A DNA stretch of 63,802 nucleotides, counting the filler, from Guillardia theta CCMP2712 (lineage: Eukaryota; Protista; Cryptophyta), in NCBI RefSeq assembly GCF_000315625.1. It is 3 parts of 3 records of this genome, joined end to end, with 100 filler letters (N's around TTAATTAATTAA, not from the genome) between each part and the next. Parts side by side here need not be neighbours in the genome. Positions count along the whole stretch, not along the records: positions 39,146 to 63,802 come from NW_005434597.1; 2 more parts are not named here. One strand, given 5' to 3'. A program made the translations under genes and the position numbers. The notes beneath the pieces were generated by a model. The model saw only the letters and a program-made list of their open reading frames with translations, ran no database searches and was not told the origin of the DNA. Positions 54,144 to 63,802 of the stretch are shown one piece after another (position 1 is the first letter of the stretch; each line of letters begins with the position of its first letter).

Positions 54144-57100
54144 GACAAAAACAACACTTCGTTTGATTTTTCGTTCTCAAATATCAACAACATTGTCAAC
54201 TTATCATCTGCTACCTGGCGCAGGCTCTCAATCAGCTCATCTTGCTCGTTGGCGATGTNNNNNNNNNNNNNNNNNNNNNNNNNNNNNNNNNNNNNNNNNN
54301 NNNNNNNNNNNNNNNNNNNNNNNNNNNNNNNNNNNNNNNNNNNNNNNNNNNNNNNNNNCAAGGAGAATCTCCCAGGCGATGTACAACTTGTTGATGGACA
54401 TGAGAAGATTTCGGTTCTCATCCTGAAAGCCAGCAAGCAGAAGGTCGACGGGCAGCTCAGACGCGCTGCGGCACAACAGCAAGTCACTCGTCCCTTCCCC
54501 TCGCACAGCAGCAGATGACTTACCTGCCGTCGTCCTCGTCCTCCTCCTGCTCCAGCACCGTCACCTCCCTCACCCTCCTCGTGTGCTTCCCCCCCCTCAG
54601 CCGCGACGACTCCTCTGACGCCTGAGCTTGCAGCTCCTCCGCCGCCCTCCTCGCGCTCTTCCCTCCCCCGCAGATCCCGCTCATCAGCTCTACCTCCGCC
54701 ACCACCGACCCGGCCCGCAGGCTGAGTACTCGGACCAAGTCTTTGCGACCTCCGACGGCTCGGGCGAGGTCCTCTGCGAGCTCCTCCATGAACTCTTCCT
54801 CTCCCAGCAGATCGTCGAAGTTCATCTCGAGGTCCACAAGGATGGTGGCAGATGCGATCATGAAGGTCGGAGGAGGGAGACAGCGCGCAAAGAACTCGCG
54901 CACTGCCCTCCCCATATCCTCTAGCTTCTCCTCCAGCTCTCTGAGCTTCTCCTCCAGCTCCTTCTGCGCTCCTGCCTCTTTTTGGTTCTTCTGCTGCTCA
55001 GCTGCCCACGCGTCCTGATTGTGAAGGCTGTCGTGCAAGATCGAGATCTCCTCTTCCCGCGCAATGAGCTCCTGAGCCAACTTCTCCTGTTCCTGCTCCG
55101 CCACCTGAAGCTGCTGTAGCAGATTCTGACAGTCGTCGTACATCCTGCAGTTGTCCTCGTACAGCCGCTCGTTCTCCTTCCGCAGCGTCTCCGCCTCCTT
55201 CCCCTCCTCCCCTCCCCTCCCCTCCAGCACCGTCACCTCCCTCACCCTCCTCGTGTGCTTCCCCCCCCTCAGCCGCGACGACTCCTCTGACGCCTGAGCT
55301 TGCAGCTCCTCCGCCGCCCTCCTCGCGCTCTTCCCTCCCCCGCAGATCCCGCTCATCAGCTCTACCTCCGCCACCACCGACCCGGCCCGCAGGCTCAGTA
55401 CTCGGACCAAGTCTTTGCGACCTCCGACGGCTCGGGCGAGGTCCTCTGCGAGCTCCTCCAAGAAATTTTCTTCGTTGTTGGTGACTTCTACGTAGTCCAA
55501 GTCCATGACAAGCTCTATGAAACTGCTTCCTCCCTCCTCCTCTCTCCTCATCGCCTCCTCCTCTCTCATCATGGCGAGTTGTTCCTCCAGCTCCTCCCTC
55601 AGGGCTTCCAGCTCGCTCACTCTTGTCTCGTACTCCCAGCACTTGGCCTGCAGGCTGGCGACCTGCTCCTCTTTGTCGTCACCTGTCACCTGAAGCCTCT
55701 CGACCTGCAAGAAGTTTCTCTGAGGCAAGTCGGCTGCGAGCTCTTGCCCGCTCTGTCCTACTTCCTCCAGCTCCCTCCTTAGCTGATCCCGCTCCTGCGA
55801 GATCTTCTCCAGCTCCGACACGAACTGCTTGCAGTCAGCATACATCCTGCAGTTGTCCTCGTACAGCCGCTCGTTCTCCTTCCGCAGCGTCTCCGCCTCC
55901 TTCCCCTCCTCCCCTCCCCTCCCCTCTAGCACCGTCACCTCCCTCACCCTCCTCGTGTGCTTCCCCCCCCTCAGCCGCGACGACTCCTCTGACGCCTGCG
56001 CCCGCAGCTCCTCCGCCGCCCTCCTCGCGCTCTTCCCTCCCCCGCAGATCCCGCTCATCAGCTCTACCTCCGCCACCACCGACCCGGCCCGCAGGCTCAG
56101 TACTCGGACCAAGTCTTTGCGACCTCCGACGGCTCGGGCGAGGTCCTCTGCGAGCTCCTCCATGAACTCTTCCTCCGCAGCCTCGATGTCCTTGATCGGC
56201 ATGTCCAGCACGACGTCAATTATCACCGAGCTATCTTCCTGCTCTGAGCTGGGAGGGAGGGAGGGAGACTCGAGCTTCTCTCGCTGGAGGAGCGCGTTCT
56301 GCTCCTTGAGCGTCGCGATCTCCAGCAGAAACCTCTTGCAGTCCTCGTACATCCTCACGTTGTCTTCGAAGAGCTGCTTGTTCCTCACCCGCAGCTCAGC
56401 CGTTTCCTCCACCTGCACCGCAAACTCGGCGACTGCCGCAACTCCGTCCTCCCTTGCTGCTCCTTCGCTCTCTCTCTCCCTCGACGTCTCCGCGGCGGCT
56501 GGGCTAACGGCGGCATGGGAAGTGGGGGTTACGTTGTTGTGCTGCTCCTCGAGCGCTGCCAGGCTAACGCGGAGCTGCTGCAGCTGCTCCTCCAGCGTCT
56601 TGATCTCCGACGTCATGTGCTTGTTGTCTGCGAAGAATCTGCGGGCACTCATGAGGAGCAGCAGACAAACTTTGACGTCCCTCACCTCTTGTTGTCTTCC
56701 AGCAGCACCTTGTTGTCATGCAGCAGCTTTCTGCACTCGTTCCTGCTCGCCTCCAGTAGAGCCTCAGCTGGATGGGAGCTGTCAAGGTCAGGGTCCAGTT
56801 GGAGTGACGTCATCGTCTCCAGCTCTTGGATGCGCAGCCGGAGGGCCTCGATCTTCTTGTCAGAGTCAACGAGGGAGGCCTCCGCCGTCTCCTTCATCAT
56901 CGTCATGCTCGACAGCTGGATGGTCAGGTCCTTGATCTCGGCGTAAGAGTCGTCGAGCTTCTGCATGACTTGACACGCCCTCGTCTCCATCTGACTCACG
57001 GCTTCATCCGCGTTGCTCCTGCTGTCAACCATCTGCTTCAGCATCTTGATCTCAGCGTTCTTGGATGCCTCCATCAACCTCCACCGCTCCCAGTCGTCCA

Positions 57101-58581
57101 TCCTGCTCTTCTCCGTCACATCCAGCGTCGCCTGGAGGTGTTTCATGCTCCTCAGCAGCTCATCGCGCTCCTCCCGCACGCTGGTGAGAGTGCGCGACTC
57201 GTTCCTTGCCCTCTCCAGCCCTTCCCAGCTCGCTCTCTTGCTCTCCTCCAGCGCCCGTCGCAGCGTCTCGACTTCTCCACAGATCTCCTCCAGTCTTAAC
57301 GCTTCCTCGCGCTCTCGCACCGCCAGCCTCTCCTCCGCCTCCTTCCTCCTGCGCAGAGCCTCGTCCAACGCCTGCTGCCTCTCCACAAGAACCTGCTGGG
57401 CGAACTCAAGCTCCTTCCTCCTCTCTGTCGCCTCCAACTGGAGGGAAGAGATGGCAGCATCTTGACTTTGGTTCCAACTGTCGTCCAGTCGCTTGCTCGG
57501 CACTTCGTTCAGCTGCTTCATGGTTGCATCTAACTTCCACAGCAGGTACTTGTTCCGCAGCGTGCACTCTCGGTTGTTGCAAGTGGAGGTACGGAAAGGA
57601 AGGTTGTCGGCGCCATCCAAGTCGCTATCGTCCGAGTGAGGCGCGTACGGCTTTACCCTGCAGCAATGTTCCTCCTCCTCGTCTTCAAACTGCGTGTAGA
57701 CTTGCGACATGTCCTTCCCGATGAGCCTTAGCTCCGAGCACAGCCGAGCGATTTGTTGCTCGGAAGTCGCGAAGAAGTCGTCTTTCTCCCATGAGTGAGA
57801 GTATTTTTGCCTGTCAAGCTCCTCCCTCAGGGACCTCACATGGTCCTGAAGCGTCAGGTTCTCTTCCTTCAGCTCATCCATGAGCGCAAGCTTCATGCTG
57901 ATCTGATCCCTATCGCTCGCATGATCGTTGAGCCTGAGCTTCAGTTTCAGGTTCTCATCTTGCAGTCTCTTGACCTCGTTCTCCAGCGTCGCGAGATTTC
58001 TCTCGTCGCGCCGCAGGGCTGACTTCAACTTGGAGATCTCGGAGATGTACTGGGTCTCAACCTTCGACTTGACTTGCAGTTGGTTCAGCAGCTTCGAGTT
58101 CTCTTTCCTTACAGCGTTGAGCGTCCCCTTGTCAATCTCACTCTCCCTCTGAATCTCTCGTATCTTGAATGTCGCGTCCTCTATCTCGATCGCGTGAGAC
58201 TTGCGCAGCTTCTCCAGCTCGGCTCGGAGTGTCGAGATAGTGACGTTGTCTTTCTCATGCTGAGTCCTCAGCACATCTATGTCCTCCTGCAGTTTGCGGT
58301 GTTTCTTTCTCGAGGCAACCTTCAGCTGGGAGAGCTGCTCGCTCACCCGCTGGAACTCGTGGGACTCGTGGGCGAGCAGAGACGAGAGCTCGAAAGCTTT
58401 CTTCCTGGCTTCAAGAATCTCAATCCTCTGCTCCTCTACCCCGTTCAGAGACACGGACGGCTCGCGAGGGGGCACGACAACCCCTGAGTCTCGCAGTGAT
58501 ACTTCTGACCTGGGCCGATTGGTTGCAAATCTGTTCTCATCCTTGGATTCACTGGCAATCGTTGTGATCGGTGAATCTGCT

Positions 58582-58650
<69 letters not shown>

Positions 58651-58937
58651 GTATCTGCTGGCGATGTCTCGTCGTCAGTGTTCGCGCTGCCATTGGCGTC
58701 TGGAGACCACAAGGCCAACGCTCGACGAACGTTGGGGTCGACAGACTCCAGCAGGGAGTCTACCCTGGCATCGTCGAGGGAAAGAAGAACCTGTCAAGAG
58801 GGTAAAAGGCAGGCGAGAGGAAGCTATTGGTAGACCTGATAGACAGCTTGAAACGTCTGATCACTCTGAGCAGCCATGAATCGCTCGCAGGCCTCCTTGA
58901 AGGAGGCCATCGAACCATCCATATCCTGTGTCGCCAT
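50725..58937 (-). CDS. Giant coiled-coil protein with four copies of an ~85-aa SEA/FAZ1-like domain
   Basis: Three ~2-kb exons (ORFs 56682-58718, 54520-56685, 51780-53996) rich in E/Q/L/K/R heptads. Repeat FMEELAEDLARAVGGRKDLVRVLSLRAGSVVAEVEL...AEELRAQASEESSRLRGG. Poly-Asn near the N-terminus. Confidence 0.8.
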
Positions 58938-59175
58938 GTACAGATGTCTCTAACCAATCTGCGGTAAAAGTGAGATTGATGCGAAGGTTCGCAAGCAAAG
59001 AGCAGCGGAGCAGGGAATCATCAATGAATCGTCGTTCACAGGGACACGAGGAGGAGGAGGAGGGACAAGTACAAGTAAAGTGGAGTCTGAGAGCTAAGTA
59101 GGAGCTGGGGCAGCCAAGGAGAACGAGGAGAAAGGAGGGACAAAAGCAGCAAGGCGTCAAGGTAAGGATGCATGA

Positions 59176-59563
59176 GCAAGCAGCAAGAAGCAAGCAGCAA
59201 GAAGCAAGAAGCAAGCAGCAAGAAGCAAGAAGCAAGAAGCAAGCAGCAAGCAGCAAGCAGCAAGCAGCAAGCAGCAAGCAGCAAGCAGCAAGCAGCAAGC
59301 AGCAAGCAGCAAGCAGCAAGCAGCAAGCAGCAAGCAGCAAGCAGCAAGCAGCAAGCAGCAAGCAGCAAGCAGCAAGCAGCAAGCAGCAAGCAGCAAGCAG
59401 CAAGCAGCAAGCAGCAAGCAGCAAGCAGCAAGCAGCAAGCAGCAAGCAGCAAGCAGCAAGCAGCAAGCAGCAAGCAGCAAGCAGCAAGCAGCAAGCAGCA
59501 AGCAGCAAGCAGCAAGCAGCAAGCAGCAAGCAGCAAGCAGCAAGCAGCAAGCAGCAAGCAGCA
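59176..59563. repeat. (CAAGCAG)n heptanucleotide repeat, ~55 units
   Basis: Read directly; upstream of the giant coiled-coil gene. Confidence 0.95.
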
Positions 59564-59770
59564 GGGGCAGGGGCTGGATTCCGAGCAGGGTCGCACCATG
59601 CGGTACCGAGGTAACTATACAACCATTACCCCTACCCTGAAGAGAGAAGAGACCCCGTCTACAGTTCGAAATATGGTAATAGTCCTCTTCACGTACACTA
59701 ATTCATAAGTAGCTCTCTAATGTAAAAACTTAAAGTACTCCACATACCCTCTTGCGTCGAACACTCATTA

Positions 59771-60186
<416 letters not shown>

Positions 60187-60207
60187 TTAATGAACCTTGA
60201 ATCATAT

Positions 60208-63200
60208 TCACATGATAGACATGTCGAGTATGCTTGCATCAACTCCGTAATCTTCGCTGAGAAGAGAAATCTCTCGGAGTTGTTGGGATAAAAGACTCCT
60301 AGCAAACACGTCAGAGACTACCAGGCAGACACCAGAGGATACCGTGGTGAACTCAGCCACAACATCAGCTGCAGGAACTGAGGTCAGGGAGAGCATGATC
60401 ATAAGAAGGAGCGTCACCAGATCCCAGCGACACGAAGGGGAGGACGTCCACGTCTGTTCTCAGCCCCGAAGCTGTTCGAGCCAGCACTCCATTACAGAAG
60501 AACGCAACCTGCTACTCATCAGGCTCCTTCGAGACTCTCCGCACAACCTTTCCCAGCTTCACGTCAACCATGATCCCGACCACGTCGCCTCCTCCGTAGC
60601 AGAGCTCGCCCGACGCTGAGGAGACAGAGGGCAGCTTGCTCCTGTTCAGCCGCACGCCGTGGAAACACAAGTCGCCCGACCCTGCCAGCCAGTCAGCAGC
60701 TGCGTTGCTCGTCCCTTGACTTGCCTTTCCGCCACAGGACGGAGACGTTGTTGTACGCCTCAGCTACCGGCGCTCCCTTGTACGCCACCCCCACGTAGAG
60801 ATACGGCGAGTCCCCGCTGACCTGAAGGAAGGAGGAAGTCAGGCGCTGGTTCGGGAGAAGCGAGAAGAGGACGAAAGGGAGGGGAGGAAACGATGCGAGA
60901 GAAGAGAGGAGAGGTCACCTTGATCGTGGCGTACCGACGCTTCAGGTTGAAGGCTTTGTTGCCTTGAGCTCCTTCATCAGCCTCGACAACCAGCTAGTCG
61001 CACGTACCGAAGGCGCAGACCCAATGGGAGGAGCTGGGGGAGCGCTGGACTCTTTGACCTGAGAGAAGGGAGGACGAATGAGCAGGGGGTTGACAGGGGG
61101 AGCAGGAGGAGGGGAGCAAGAAGAGGGAAGTGGCAGGAGGGGAGTGGGAGGAGAGAGGGCAGGAGCAGCAGCAGGGGCAGGAGGAGTGAGGAGGATTGGC
61201 TACCTTCCATGGAGATGACAGTCTCTTTGTGGCTGAACCGCATCAAGTCAGACTGGCAGGAACAGCATCCAGGGACAACACCTCGCAGCTCGGTCCCAGC
61301 TGAACCCTCTCTCCTCCTTCGTCTTGACCGACAGAGTCTTGTTGCACCATCTTAACAGGAGTCAGGGCAGGGCAGGCAGGATATACTTGTGTCTTGTTAC
61401 CTGCTCATGATGTTGTTGGAACAAGCCCTCACCCTGTCAATGCGTCAGTTCCCTCTTCATCCTCCTCCCCTCGAGTCTGTCGGACCTGAACCAGTGCTGT
61501 TCGTTGGAAGGAAGCGACTTCACCTGCAGCAGTACTTGAGCAGAGGAGGAGAAGGCGGGGGAGGGGCACGTGGAACTCGTTCTGTGGGCCCTCGTAGATG
61601 ATGGTGAAGGAAGAGTCCTCAGGGAAGGGCCTCGTCGATGCCAAGTCGAGGTTGGGGTACCGATCCTCGGTGCACATCTGAGCAGGAACATCAGGAATTC
61701 GAGGACCGAGTCGGATAATTCAGGGTGTCAATTGAAATTGTGAGATGGATAAGTGCATTAGGAATGAAATCAGTGACTTGAGGGGTCGAATTCCGGCTTC
61801 ACCTGCAGGATGTAGTGCGAAGATTCTTTGATTGCACTCCACTGAAGGAGGACAGAAGAATCCTAGGAGATACAGGCCACGTGAGCACATAGAGACCTTC
61901 AAGTCCATTCCTGATGACGTCACCGTTACGTCCTTGGCGACAAGATCGCTCGGAGGATCTGAACGAGCAGTCAGGCGGATCTCGCACTCCCTCGTCGATC
62001 ACCAGGAGCCTCTTGAAAGACAAGCTGAAGCTCTGAGACGGAGCTCTTGGCCTGCTGGAGCATGAGGAGCGGACGGGACCATGGAGTCACTTCACCTCCT
62101 CGCACTCGAATGTGATTCCCAGCGTCACTCCGGTCGCGTCGAGCGCGCTGTCCGGCACAGTCTGCGACAAGCTGAGCGCTAGAGCCTCTCCCGTTGGTCT
62201 TACGAGTTTTGACACTTCTTTGAGCTTCCGTTGAAGCTGTCGTTGTGTATCAGTTTGGACTCTGTCAAGTGCGAGCAACGCACTTGCAAAGATTCCGCGT
62301 GTTGAATGAAATCATCAACGATGTCCTGAGCCAGAACCTGGCGGGCATCCCTCAGCTCAGAGAATGTCGTTGCTGCTCTCAAAAGTTTTTCACCTGCTCT
62401 ACCAAGTTGAGGCACTCTTGCACCTTTTGCAGTCTGTTGCGCAGGTGTCAACCGAGTCAAGCTGAGGGCCAAGAGAAGCAAGGAACCTGTTTGAACAGAT
62501 GTTTCTCGAGGCATCGATGTACTTCAGCTTCGTCTCCTCCTCCTTGTCCAGCTGAGATGAAAACAGAGATCACTCAAGCAGGGAGAGCAGGACGGTAGTT
62601 GCCTGGTCCAGCAGCATGTCTTTCTTCTTCTCCACCAGCCTGCTCGCAAAGTCATTCTGACATCGCTCGCATCATTGCGACCGGTGAAGTTGGGCACAAG
62701 AGTTGAGAACAGTCTGACGGACGCCGTTCACTTCATCTGTTTCAGCCACTCACAACTTCTTCCATCCCGGTACAATCACTCGGTAGACAACCTCTGACCG
62801 TGTCGTTGGCTGCGTCGAGTCCTGAAGATCAACCAACATGTCAAAACGAGAAGAGGAAGCAATTTCTGGTCACCTGCCATGACATCGAGGATCGAAGCTG
62901 CATTGCTCCTTGCGATCCGCGCCTGAAGACAGAAGATGCACGAGTCAGCAAGGGATGAGCATCTCGAAGGTCAACTCAATAACATGCTCTCTTAGATGCT
63001 CGCGGATCCTGACAGCTCTCGTGCGAGGATCGTTCCATGTGCCGTTGAGGGAGGACCTGACGTTGGTGGCATTGATGGAGAGAGGAAAGGTCGAGTCGTT
63101 CTTGAAACTGTCCTGCTTCCCCTGGAGTGAGCGAGAGAGGAGCAAGGGAGGAGCCCGGGGACCTCTAGTTGGTCGATGGTGAGAGTTGAGTGGGATCGGA

Positions 63201-63802
63201 GGCTGTTGCTTCTCCAGTCCGGGATGGTGTCCTGCTGTGTCGAGCTCTGAAGCTCGTGGATCTTCTTCTGCAGCCAGCAAGTCAGTCGCCAGACATGCGA
63301 GCCAGTCGCTCGCCTGAAGCTTCTCGTTCTCCTCCTTGAGCATCGAGATCATGTCCGAGGGGCCAGCTGACTTGCTCGGCGTGCTCGGGAAGCCTCCTGT
63401 CCCGTCCTTGTCTTTGCGCGCGTCGTCGAGGCCATGGCTCGTTGAGTTTCTGCCATCAGGGTTGGCGAAGGAGTCGGAGTAGAGCGGAAGGGAATGAGGA
63501 GCTTGCTGGGTGGCGTCCTAAAACAGACAAGACGATTACTCAAGCACGGGTTGAGCAAGCAGGAAGATGGAGGCAGGAGGCAGGGAAACTGATGTAGGAG
63601 GAGGAAGGGGTGTGGGGGTGGAGAGGTGGAGGGAGGGGAGGGAGGGGAGGGAAAGTGGTGGGAGGGGGAGGGGGAGGGAGAGGGATGGAAGAATGTATGA
63701 AGACATGGACATACGGATGGCCGCTATAGTAAAGTTTCCATGGGGCGCCCATTCCGTCTGCTCCTTATCCTCCTTGGCGATGTCCTGGGGGAGGACGGAC
63801 TC
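60208..63802 (-). CDS. Coiled-coil + C-terminal SPRY/B30.2-like domain protein, 5'-partial
   Basis: Spliced YATIKVSGDSPYLYVGVA, YGGGDVVGIMVDVKLGK, FFCNGV, VLPFVSLG. Coiled-coil exons lie upstream; the frame runs off the window end. Confidence 0.65.

Noticed and set aside
54590-54612. RLRGG at the end of each repeated domain, suggesting a polyubiquitin-like precursor
   Set aside because: The rest of the repeat is not ubiquitin-like, and the motif is followed by a conserved KHT; it is probably part of the fold.

Overview
This is eukaryotic, gene-dense nuclear DNA with about 17 spliced genes. It has many ~35-55-nt introns, other introns bloated by microsatellites, and four N-gaps (two contain an artificial TTAATTAATTAA linker). 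The style fits a cryptophyte such as Guillardia theta, which is my inference only. Recognisable genes are a monoacylglycerol-lipase-like alpha/beta hydrolase, PEX19, a multi-NDK-domain protein, TPR proteins, a collagen-like protein, an ABC1/ADCK kinase, two MORN proteins (one also with PH and PDZ domains), a GT-A-like protein, an ankyrin protein, a giant coiled-coil protein with four copies of an ~85-aa domain, and a SPRY protein. The main accessory feature (17.4-22.4 kb) is a co-oriented cluster of a CRE/R2-type retrotransposon (RT + CCHC + restriction-like endonuclease). Its copies share one non-poly(A) 3' end, and one copy sits inside another with an 8-bp target-site duplication. Other notable signals: two probable GA-AG introns, a triplicated splice donor, CCGG/GATC-rich GC islands tied to an AT-rich inverted-repeat motif that flanks an HTH-like gene, and ACCCC-rich upstream blocks. 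Gene boundaries were spliced by eye and are approximate. I could not support any rRNA, tRNA or CRISPR array.
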